This document shows positions 46,541-58,068 of a stretch of 64,000 bases of DNA, piece by piece. This stretch comes from Raja brachyura (Eukaryota). The translations under genes and the position numbers were made by a program. Location: assembly GCA_963514005.1 (NCBI GenBank), contig OY740818.1:19530001-19594000 (forward strand). Direction: 5' to 3'. Positions within the stretch are counted from its first letter, which is position 1; every line of letters starts with the position of its first letter. The notes beneath the pieces were generated by a model. The model worked only from the letters and a program-made list of their open reading frames with translations. It was not told where the DNA came from and searched no databases.

Positions 46541-49500
46541 CGCATGTGGATATAACTATTCACTCCATTTCAACAAGGGATTAATGCATCAGAAAACCTG
46601 AAGGCACTAGGCAAATTCAAGTCTCATTGTTCTATTGTAGAATTTTAATCATGGCAGCTCAATTTTAGGGTTAATGTCCGTGCCTCTGAGATATAATTGT
46701 ATTTCCAATTTTTCTGCTGGACTGTTCACTGTGCCTGAGAGTATGTAGTTCTATTTTAAGTCACACAATGATTGGGCTGCGGTGCGGTGTAGCTTTAATT
46801 GTAACACATAATGTAACAGAGCAAATGCTTGGAAGTGAATCACTGACAATTCCACACAACTCTTTCTGCAATGGTTTTATTCGAAGACAGTCTGACTCTG
46901 CTCTTTCCCCCACATTGGCCTGCTTCCACGGGTTAGTTTTGATCAATGGGTTTCTGTGGTATTACTTGGTGTTACTATTTCCCAGGGGCCACTGTGTGAT
47001 TGCTTCCTCACTGCCAGACCTTGAATCAAACTCCAGGTCTGTACTAATTTACTGTAAAGGGCAATCGAGGAAATGAAGCGGTAAGAGGTGTGAGACCGGG
47101 TTAAACCTACAAAAGAATGTTGGACGATTTGTTATGATTGTGGGTGTTTTTAGTGCAGAATGTCCCAACATGCAGAAATCAACCTTAAGACAATGATCAT
47201 GGGATAGTGTTTCCATGTTAGGAAAGATGACTGCCAGTTTCCACACTGTCCCAAAGCACTTTACAGCCAGTGAAGTATTCCTTAAGTATAGTAATGTCTG
47301 TAATGTAGGATATGATTGTGCTGGAGAGAATGCAGAACGGATTGATTTTGCTGGAGAGATCACAGAGGAGATGTATCAGGATGTTGCCTGGATTGGAAGA
47401 CTTTAGTTATGGAGAGAGATTCGTTTGTTTTCACTGGAACAAAGGAGACAAAGGGGTGACCTAATAGAAGCATAAGATTATGTGAGGAATGGTTGGATAG
47501 GCAAAACAAATCTTATAATAGGGCGATCAAAAACAATAGGACTTAGTTCTAAGGTGAGAGGTAGATCTTTTATAGGGGGTCCGAAGGGTATGTTGTTTTT
47601 ACTCAGTGGTTGATATCGGCAACTGACGTAGTGGATCAGATACAATGACTTCTTTTAAGAGGCAATTAAACAGACACTTAAAAGGCAAGGCATTGAAGGA
47701 TATTAGGTTCCTAATATGGGCCAATGGGATTCGTATAGAAGAGGTGAGGACCCAAAGTATCGCATCCATGTATCCCAGATATGCTGCCTGACCCACTGAG
47801 TTACTCGAGCACTTTGTATCTTTTTTTGTAAGCAAGTAAGCAAGTAATTTTTATTTATATAGCACTTTTAAATCAAATCATGTTGAAGTCAAAATGCTTT
47901 AAAGAGAAGAAATGAGAATACCATACATCCATATAAAATTTAGAAAAAACGGAATTTGTAAACCAGAATCTGCAGTTCATTATCTCACCTAAATGTTGAC
48001 AGATTTTGATTATCCTGTTTAGTAAATTTCTACGACAAATATAATATGCCTTTTGATGTGATGGTTGTGCACTCGAAAACACTTGAATAACCAGACGTCA
48101 TTAAATAGTTCTATTTTAGCAACGTATCCTTTAAGATATGTTGTGTGCAAAGTCTCAGCAATGTGTTTAAGTGATGTGTTTGGGTGATGCTAACTCTTCA
48201 AAATTGCTCTTGTCTACTGGAATTAAAGGTTAATGTCTACAAGCAGTGCAGATACAAAGGTACAGGATTCACACACACATCATGAAAATGTCAAAGATAG
48301 ATATAGAGATTATTCTGGACTTGGCATCGAGCACACTGATGTACAAGTTACACTCTACTACACAAAGCCCTGGTTTGTCTGCACCTGGAGCAGAGTGCAG
48401 TCCCAGGCATCACACTTTATAGGTTTTGGGTTGGAGGGAATGCAACAGAGAGTTTTATACCAGTGTTATATCCAGTTCCCATGAGTTAACTTACCAAAGA
48501 AGATTATGCAAATTATATTTCCTGGAATTTTGCATCATGATGTGACATTCAAATTAAATAAAACCTATATTGTTGACAAGGGTCTGGGTAATGTTGGCCT
48601 TGGGTGCACAATCAAAAAATTAAAGTTACATATTTCACAAATAAAATTACATCTAGAGCGTAGGATAAACTTGAAAGGCAATTAATGCTACACCAATTGT
48701 TAATTTTATGATTTAAGTTTTGAAAATATGTTAAGTGAAAGGTTTAAGGGATCTCGGGAGAGGCACACAAAAGACTTAAGTTACTGATCAACCATGATCT
48801 CACTGAATGAGCAGGCTCAAAATGCTAACTGGCTTCTTATTCTTATTGTCCTATGTTCCAATAATTGGCCTAAAGGTCTAATACTTTGCATGGTGTATGT
48901 GATATAGGTTGTGAATAATTCTTGGTCATTTTAAGTATTGCGACATGAGACTAACTACTCGAAGGGTTGCAGTAATGGTCGTTGTTAGTTCCAGAGACTG
49001 TTTGTGAAGTGCGCTTGAAATGACTGCATGCACTTTTGATTGAGCTCCTCATGTCTCACAGGTATGTCTGTACACTCTGCAATGGACTTCATTAGAGGTT
49101 AAGAACTTATTGAGTGCACAGGATTTACACTTTGGAATTAAACTGTGAAATAATGAGCGTATAAATCCTAAGTACGTCTGGATAATGTCGTCTGCATATT
49201 TCTTTAGCAGAGGCAAAGACTGTTTTATTTTACATAGGTTAACACACTTCCCTCTCAATATTGCAGACCAATTTCTTTCCAATGTACAAAATGTACACTG
49301 ATAATGAACTGGCTAACCAAGATTTGTTGTTTTAAAAGGGATGCTCCTCGAATTAACTTGGGTCGAATTCCTGTTGACTGAAATATTTAATCACAATGTA
49401 TTTTGATGGACCTGGTCTTTAAGTATATTAGTTATCAGTACTGTTGTATTTGACACTAATTAGTGTGTAACATAATGGAATAGAGAAAAGGTAAGAATAG

Positions 49501-49577
49501 GGCAAAGTCTGATTGACTGCATATCCTGAAAACATTTGACATTAGTCTGTAACAGAACCAGGAGAAAGAAGACTATA

Positions 49578-49779
49578 GCAAATAATAAACTGCTGGAGAA
49601 ACTCATTAGATCAGGGAGCATCTGTGGCAGGAAATAAACAGTTGACATTTTGGCTTCCTCTGAACCTAAAATGTTGACTGCTCATTCCCCTCCACAGATG
49701 CTGCCTGACCCTCCACAGTTCCTCCGCAGTTTGGTATTTTGTTTCAGATTCCAGCATTTGCAGTCTCTTGTGTCTCCAT
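49578..49779. mobile_element. Inverted Penelope-like insertion with 12-bp TSD
   Basis: AAGAAGACTATA at 49566-49577 and 49780-49791; degenerate inverted arms between them. Confidence 0.7.
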
Positions 49780-50764
49780 AAGAAGACTATAATCCTGAGT
49801 ATATAAGAATTTATACAGCTTCTGATCATTTAATGATTTTCTAGTAGATTTCTGAAGATTAATTTTATAATAGAGAGTTTGAACAGGAAACACTGGGAAT
49901 TAGGAAGATACGCTCAGTAAGTAACGATCTTATCGGTGTAAGATCATCAATGATTAATGTATCATCAACCATTATATTACTTTATTTTACTGCCATGTTC
50001 CTTAAACTTATTTCATCCACTATTGTCCAGAAGCAAATCTGCAGATGTTGGAAATCTGAAGTAGAACAAACAATGCTAGATACACTCATCTCGACAGGCT
50101 GCACTTGTGGGGAGGACAAGGTAACTTGGCAAAGATATGGAAAACAAGTATTAACATGCAGACAAAGGAAGGGTGGTGAAGGCAGAACAAAGGGGAAGGT
50201 GTGTGATTGCAGACAGTAGGGAAGATTAAATACCAAAAGGAGTGTGGAGCCAGGTGGAAGGGTGCATTGAAGGCTAGTTAATTACAGAGAACCAATAAAC
50301 GTGTGAAATCAAAGGGAATTATAGTTGAAAACAAACTAAGCTGGAAATGTGAAAACTCAATCTAATGAGCCATAACTGACACAAGAGACTGCAGATGCTG
50401 GAGGCTGGAGCATAAAACAAACTACTGGATGAATTTACCAGGTCAGGAAGCATCTGTGAAGAGAAATTGAATTCTATTCTGTTTTCTTGGTAGATTGCAT
50501 GGGTGACAGCCTGAATAAAGTTGGATTTGTTTTAAGCTTTCATCACAAACTGGAATGCCGGGACAAACACACAGCTTCTTTGGCTTTAATGGCAATCAGG
50601 TAGCACAACAACTGAAACTGCAGCAAATAAAATATACCCATTACCCAACGAACATGGAGGTCAAATAATAATTACTTCCAGATTTTTAAAGATTTTTAAA
50701 ACAATTTTCTTTATCCCTTCAGCTGTCCAAACTCTCTTCTCTCAGATCAGCTCATGCCTTCTTT

Positions 50765-51365
50765 TGGTTTAGTTTATTATTGTCTCGTGTACCGTGGTTC
50801 ATGAAAAGCTTTTGCTTGCGTGGTATCCAGTCAAAGAAAAGACTATAGATAATTCCAATCAAGTTGTCCACTGTACACAGGTATAGAATTAAGGGTACAA
50901 CATTTAGTGCAAGATAAAGTCTGATTAAAAATAGTTCACAGGTCTCCAAAGTAGATGGCAGGTCAGGACTGCACTCCAGCTGATGAGAGGACTGTTCAGT
51001 TGCCTGATAACAGCTAGGATGAAACTATTCCTGAATCTGGAGGTATGTGTTTTCAAACTTCTGTATCTCTTGCTTGAGGGGAGAAGAGGCAGTGACCAGG
51101 GTGAGATTCATCCTTGATTATTCTGGTGGAATTGTTGAGGCAGTGTGAGGTGTAGATGGAGTCAACGTTGGTTTGCGTGATGGTCTGGGCTACATCCACA
51201 ACTCTCTGCAATTTCTTGTAGTCCTGCATGGAGCTGTTCCCAGACCAAACTATATTGTATCCCAATAAAATGCTTTCAGCGGCTCATCTGTAGAATTTGG
51301 TGAGGGTTGTTGGGAACATGCCGAACTTCCTAGGCCTTCTAAGAAAGTAGAGGCATTGGTGTTCT
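50765..51365 (-). mobile_element. Rex1/Babar-type LINE 3' fragment
   Basis: IVWSGNSSMQDYKKLQRVV..IYTSHCLNNSTRIIKDESHPGHCLFSP. Confidence 0.75.
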
Positions 51366-52475
51366 TCTGTCCAGTTTTAGAATTGGCAATGGGTAGAACT
51401 CTTCCCAAAGGAATACATTTCACATGGTTCCATTTTTGGATATACCAAAAGCAGAACAAGAACATTTTTCTCACACACAATCCAATATTTCTCATATCTC
51501 TGAGGGATCTGTTGATTGCAGAGTTTACATCAATACTATACAAAATGAAATGGAGATACCCAGTCACTATCTTACAAACAGATAAGGTTGTATCTGCTTA
51601 CATAAGGAGGACTAACACAGGCACGAAGATAAACATTTTAATAAGCCCTTTAATACATTCTGGGAATGTGAATGGTACAATAAGAGGGGAATGGACGGGA
51701 TGAATGCACAAATACTTTTACCTAAGATATGGGAATCAAAAACCCTATGATATAAATTTAAGGTGAGAGGGACCAGATTTATTATGAACCTGATGGACAA
51801 TATTTTCACTGAGGGTGGTGGATATATGGAACAAGCTACCAGAGGAGGTGGTTGAGGCAGGTACTATAACAACATTTACAAGACTCGGACAGATACATGG
51901 ATAGGAAAGGTTTAGAGGGCTATTGGCCAAATGTTGGCAAATGAGACTAGCTTAGATGAGGCACCTTGGTCAGCATGGACTAGTCAGGATGAAGAGCCTG
52001 TTTCCAACCTGTATGTTAATTTGTAATTCCCTCTGCTTCAGTGTGAGATCTCCAATGGGAGGCCAGGGGATTTGCCGATGATTCCAACATCAAAATCACC
52101 TAACGTCACAATGGTAACGGTCACTTGCAGAAATCTGGAAATGATTTGATTATATAACGTGCTTGGTGATATAGAAAATTTGGAAAGAATTAAATAATTT
52201 AACATCGGGAAATAGCTTCAGGCTACACAAAGGTTTTGTTAATAGGGACTGGATACAATGAAAGTTGCACGACAGAACTTCTGAAGGTCTCGGCGCGAAA
52301 CGTCACCCATTCCTTCTCTCCAGAGATGCTGCCTGTCCCGCTGAGTTATTCCAGCATTTTGTGTCTATCTTTAGTAAACCAGCATCTGCAGTTTCTTCCT
52401 ACACCTCTCACATAGAACCTTCTGAACCTTCTGAATGTAGTCGGCAGGGCAGTACTCTGCATATCGCCAACTTCG

Positions 52476-52648
52476 AAACATAGAAAAATAGAAAATAGGT
52501 GCAGGAGGAGGCCATTCGGCCCTTCGAGCCAGCATCGCCATTCATTTTGATCATGGCTGATCGTTCCTTATCAATAACCGTGCCTGCCTTCTCCCCATAT
52601 CCCTTGATTCCACTAGCCCCTAGAGCTCTATCTAACTCTCTCTTAAAT
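52476..52648 (-). mobile_element. CR1 3' end (left part of a CR1 split by the hAT insertion; continues 54612-54808)
   Basis: CR1 3'UTR ..CTCTCTTAAAT resumes as CTTAAATCCATCCAGTGA.. after 54611. Confidence 0.85.
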
Positions 52649-54307
52649 CAGGGCTGCCAACTCTCATGATTTCAGCGTGAGAATCACACCTTGGAGCAAA
52701 TTCTCACGCCCTCACGCTCATGACCGAGTTCTCACGCTGAGTTCAGTCCCTGCGCCAGTTTATCCCTTTGCGCCGCCTGCCAACGATCTGTGCGGTCTGG
52801 GGAAGCGCGTTGGTTGACGGCTGTGAGTGACGTCGCATCTCTTCTCTTCTCTTTGGTCGAATGTGCAGCTGCCGACAACAACAACAGGTTGAAGCAGTTG
52901 TCAAACATGCGGGGGGGGGGGGGGGGTGGGGGCGACGACGACCACAATGAGGCCAAACATCTAGGACAGGGTTCAGACTACGTAACCCGAAAAACCGCGT
53001 ATTTATTTTCAATTTGTTTTCGCGGGGTTGGGGCAGGCGAGCCGACCTGGGAACTGCGGCCAGTCCCTGGGCATGCAGAATGCCAACTTAATCGGTATGG
53101 ACAAATTGGGCCAGCCATGTACATGTTGTATAACTGACTCTATGCAGATCTGAATGGGCTTAGAATTACCATTTAAGCAAAATTGCCCACACTTTCCCCA
53201 TTTTGATTCTTGAGATTAATATCCCTTTGCTCTGTTAACAGCATTAAAGTACTTATGAGGTAGAGTCAGGAAAGGGACCATGTTATTATTTTTTAGTTTG
53301 CTTTAATTTGTTAGTTGATTTTTTGTTGACTGCCATAATTTCTGAAATAGTCTTAAAGTAACTTAACTGTTATAAAGCAGTAATAAGTGATTTGTGTCCA
53401 AACAATTGGAACTTGCATAAAATGTTTGAATTATTAGCAAGGCTGCCAACTCTCACGCATTGAGCGTGAGACTCGCGCATTTCACAAAATTCTCATGCTC
53501 TCACGCTGATCACAAAATTATATAATGAGAATAGGACCTGTTTTGATTAACAAATAGTGTAGGAAGGAATTGCAGATGCTGGTTTAAACTGAAGATAGAC
53601 ACTAAAAACTAGAAAAACTCAGCAGGACAGACAGATGTTTCGAGTCGAGACCTTCAGCCTGAAGAGGTTGAAAACCAGCCATAAAACACAATGACTGGAC
53701 ATGTGTGTTATCCAACTGAGGGCAGAAATCAGAATCATGTGTTCATCTTTATTCACGTGACACCATAATAAATATATTACAGAAAAAATAATTTAATGGG
53801 GTGGCATGGTGGCGCAGCGGTAGAGTTGCTGCCTTACTACCACATGGGTTTTCTTTGGATATTCCGGTTTCTCCCATATCCAAAAGAAGTGCAGGTTTGT
53901 AGGTTAATTGGCTTCTGTAAATTGTTTCTGGCGTGATGGATGGAATTGGTGCATGATAGATTGCTGGTCGGTGCGGAGCTGGTGGGCGGAAGGGCCTGTT
54001 TCCATATATATTTTTACATATATATCTTAATTTCATTGAACCATATATGATTGAATATGTGGCATTATTTTCGTCTTGTTTCTATATTCAAAGGGTAAGG
54101 TTGAATCCGTCTGAAGAAGGGGTTCGGCCCGAAACGTTGCCTATTTCCTTCGCTCCATAGATGCTGCCGCACCCACTGAGTTTCTCCAGCAATGTTGTCT
54201 ACCTTCGATTCTCCAACATCTGCAGTTCCTTCTTGAACAAGGTTGGTTGATTTATTTGTGCAGAACAGTGATGGAAGTCTGACTTTTGCTTTGTTTCTCC
54301 GAGTTTT

Positions 54308-54365
<58 letters not shown>

Positions 54366-54611
54366 TAACAGCATGAATATAATCTGATTTCCATACATGA
54401 ATATAGTAATTCATGTGCTGCACCTGTTGAGCAGAGCCTGGCTCTGTTGTGGAATGTAATTAGGAATGTAATTTAGCCTAACCTTATTCATACCTAATCC
54501 AATTTAAAGCATAAAAGTTGCATCCAAGTGTAAGTAAAAAGACTTGCTACAGTATGCAGTACGGGATAGAGTATCGCAATTTCTCACTCTCAACCAATGT
54601 TGGCAGCCCTG
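52649..54611. mobile_element. Composite non-autonomous hAT-type DNA transposon
   Basis: Perfect 13-bp TIRs CAGGGCTGCCAAC / GTTGGCAGCCCTG; CTTAAAT duplicated on both sides; subterminal CTCACGC repeats; no transposase ORF. Confidence 0.85.
54309..54362. repeat. Compound (CT)n(AT)n microsatellite
   Basis: Directly visible. Confidence 0.95.
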
Positions 54612-54832
54612 CTTAAATCCATCCAGTGATTTGGCCTCCTTTGGCAGGGAATTCCATAAATTCACAACTCTCTGGGTGAAAACGTTTTTTCTCACCTCAG
54701 TCTTAAATGACCTCCCCTTTATTCTAAGACTGTGGCTCCTGGCTCTGGACTTGCCCAACATTGGGAACATTTTTCCTGCATCTAGCTTGTCCAGTCCCTT
54801 TATAATTTTGGGCAACTTTGGACAATTTAAGT

Positions 54833-55190
54833 GTTAAAGAAGGAACTGCAGATGCTGGAGAATCAAGGGTTACACAAAAAGCTGGAAAAACTCAGCGGGT
54901 GCAGCAGCATCTAAGGAGCGAAGGAGATAGGCGACGTTTCGGGTCGAGACTCTTCTTCAGACTGGTCAGGGATCAGGGAAACGAAAGATATAGACGGTGA
55001 TGTGGAGAGATAAAGAACAATGAATGAAAGATATGCAAAAAAGTATCGATGATAAAGGAAACAGGCCATTGCCAGCTGTTTGTAGTGTGAAAATGAGAAG
55101 CTAGTGCGACTTGGGTGGGGGAGAGATAGAAAGAGAAGGAATGCCAGGGCCCGAGGGCTGAGGGAGAGGTGGGAAGGGGAGGAGGCAACC
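54833..55190 (-). mobile_element. Longer Penelope-like terminal fragment with hammerhead core
   Basis: Minus strand CTGAAGAAGAGTCTCGACCCGAAACGTC at ~54960-54933 preceded by a pyrimidine-rich tract. Confidence 0.7.
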
Positions 55191-55221
55191 TGGGTTAACA
55201 GAATTTAACATTTTTTAAAAT

Positions 55222-55403
55222 CAAGCCAATTAACCTACAAACCTGTACGTCTTTGGAGTGTGGGAGGAAACCGAAGATCTCGGAGAAAACCCACGCAGAT
55301 CACGGGGAGAACGTGCAAACTCCGTACAGAGAGCACCGGTAGTCGGGATCGAACCCGGGTCCCTGGCGCTGCATTTTGCTGTAAGGCAGCAACTCTACCG
55401 CCG
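55222..55403 (-). mobile_element. Young V-SINE (HE1-like), partial
   Basis: Intact B-box GGTTCGATCCC, CpGs retained. Confidence 0.85.
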
Positions 55404-55469
55404 TGACATGCACCAGTATAGCATAGGAGGAGGCCCTTCAGTTCAACCCACAACGTTTGATGCCAAGGC

Positions 55470-55935
55470 CAACTGTGATCTACCTGGCGGCAGCTCCCGG
55501 CGAGGCGAGGCGAGGCGTTGCCATCATTGCTGTGCCCCGTGCCCCGTGCCCCTGCAGCAGCGGCCGCCACTGCGAGTCCCGGGGGAGCAGGCCCCGGGCC
55601 GCGGTTGCTAAGCGACGGCGTGTGCGGTCCATGCCCAACCTCCACCCCCCGCCCGCTTCCGTGTCAACTTCCGGCCCGCCGGACTAATGCATCCGCCGCT
55701 CTCAGCGCCCCGCGGGCATCGCTGGTGCTGCGGCTGCAAGTCGGCTCGGAGCTCGGAGCTCGGCGCTCTCCCCCTCTCCCGAGAAACCACTGACGGGTGA
55801 GTAGAGGAGTCCGGGATGGCTCTTGCTCTTGGCTCCCGCCCGGGTGAAGTGGATGGGTGCACCCTCCCTTGTCCTATCAGCTAGCACTAGTTTCACTGTC
55901 CTCCTGATTCATTTCACCGTTTGTTGTGCCGCGTT
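55470..55935 (+). promoter_or_regulatory. CpG-island promoter with non-coding first exon (donor after 55796); probably CSGALNACT2
   Basis: High GC/CpG density; GC box CCCCGCCC (55647), ETS ACTTCCGG (55667), X-box-like GTTGCTAAGCGAC (55604); strong donor CGG|GTGAGT at 55796/55797. Gene identity rests only on RET-CSGALNACT2 synteny. Confidence 0.7.
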
Positions 55936-55999
55936 GTCATCTTCACCTCAGCCAACAATGAACCATTCTGCATTTCCTTCTTCATCATCTGCTTTGATC

Positions 56000-56320
56000 T
56001 GTGTCGGGGGGAACTGCAGATGCTGGTTTACACCGAAGCAAGACTCAAAGTGTTGTAGTAACTTAGCGGGACAGGCAGCATCTCTGGAGAGAAGGAATGG
56101 GTGACTTTTCAGATCGAGACCCTTCTTCAAACTGTCGTTTTCACATCTTATTCTTACATGTATCCCTAGTCTCCTTCTCCCCTGACTATCAGTCCGAAGA
56201 AGGGTATCAAGCCGAAACGTCACCCATTCCTTCTCTACAAAGATGCAGCCTGACCTGCTGTTATTCCTACATTTTGTGTCTATCTTCAATGTAAACCTGC
56301 ATCTGCCGTTCCTTCGTGCA
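56000..56320. mobile_element. Inverted pair of Penelope-like termini
   Basis: Minus arm 56000-56130, plus arm 56190-56320. Confidence 0.7.
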
Positions 56321-57787
56321 ACTCTCATGTCCTCTCCACACCAAACTTGCACCGTCCCTTGATTACCCTCCAGACCCTACTCTCATCCAGATCTTTTCTT
56401 TCTCTTCCCTTCTGCACTACTATCTCCAAACACCATCATCACAAGAACTGTGCTCATATCCTGATCTGAAGACATAATCAGCCCATCCCAATCTTTATCT
56501 CCTTGGCCAAATTGTCCATCAATTGCTTTTTCTCCGTTAAAATGTTATTCATCTCAACCAGTGCTGTCAGAGTTACACAATCTCGCCCATCTGTGAAAAA
56601 AAATCTTCTAAATTTCCTCTTCTGTTTTATTAGTGACTAATAGCCGATTGCTTTGACCTCTCTTAGTTTAGTTTAGTTTATCGTCTCATGTACGGAGGTG
56701 CAATGAAAAGTTTTAAAATTGTATTTGCATTTCTTCTCGCAAGCCCTTTAAAAGTGCCCTTAAATGTAGACGTTGGAGTTCGCTTCTGATGCAATATGCT
56801 TTGTTTCCATGCCTCAATAACATCCTGTTGTCAGTTACACCATGTCCAGTTTGCTATAATGAAATACGGGGGTTTGTAATTACAGAAAAACAAATAAAAA
56901 CAAAAGTGGGCACAAAAGACCTTATGATTGGTTAGAGTTACAGCGAGCAGAATAAACCATAATTTTCATCATGTTTTAGCTTTGCAGAACTTGGAATGAT
57001 AACAGCAAAGCACACTGCCTCTTGAGTTCCTGCTAGAATAATGCAGTTATTTTGAATCTCTTGCCCTTTATCTATTGCCCTGCAATTATTTTTGAATAGC
57101 GATCCTACTTCCTTTTGAAATCCATAAATGAATCTGCCTGCATACCCCATCAGGCAATGTATACCTGATGCTAATCACATGCTGTCGAAAAGAAGAGTTT
57201 TACTTTGTACTGTTGTTTGGTTCTGCTGTCAATTGCCTTACAGCTATTGACTCTGGTTCTTGATATTCCTCATCAATTTGGAAATGTTTCTCTGTACCTA
57301 ATTTCTCTGCCTAGATTCTTCATTATTTTCAGCACCTCTTTCAAACTTCTCTGCACCAACGAGTGATAGGTTGCAGGGAAATAAATGTGGAATCGACGGA
57401 CATGATTTTCCTGAGTGCTGAAATAATGCCAATGAACCAATTGTCCTCCTCCTCCATTGGAAGGAAATATAGAAATAACGAAATAATTCCAGCTGTTGAC
57501 AAAACAGTGCTTTTTAATAGTTCATTATAACTTCTCAATGTTTGTGCTCTGCCTCTTTTTTTAACCCAGGATCCCTGTGCAGGTCAGACAGAAGGGTCAG
57601 TATGGGAAGGGGAAGGGGAGATGAAATGGTAAGCAACCAGGAGAAGTAAAAGTCGGTTAACCAGTGCCACAGTTCACAACGATATATCCCTCTTTGGATT
57701 ACACCATTCCTCACCATCAATTGGCCTCTCAGGGAACCACCTGCATGAAGTCATCTGTTTTGCCAGTCCTGGTCTTTTCTTACTTCC

Positions 57788-58068
57788 AGACAATAGACAA
57801 TAGGTGCAGGAGTACGCCATTCGGCCCTTCAAGCCAGCACCGCCATTCAATGTGATCATGGCTGATCATCCCCAATTAGTACCCGTTCCTGCCTTTTCCC
57901 CATATCCCCATACTCCGCTATCTTTAAGAGCCCTATCCAGCTCTCTCTTGAAAGCATCCAAAGAACCTGCCTCCACCGCCCTCTGAGGCAGAGAATTCCA
58001 CACACTCACAACTTTGTGTGAGAAAAAGTGTTTCCTTGTCTCCGTTCTAAATGGCTTACCCCTCATTC
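57788..58068 (-). mobile_element. CR1 LINE 3' fragment
   Basis: RGKPFRTETRKHFFSHKVVSVWNSLPQRAVEAGSLDAFKRELD; same family as 44317-45082. Confidence 0.9.

Noticed and set aside
55235-56104. Overlapping GC-rich ORFs as a protein-coding gene
   Set aside because: Stop-codon depletion in a CpG island and SINE; no recognisable domain.
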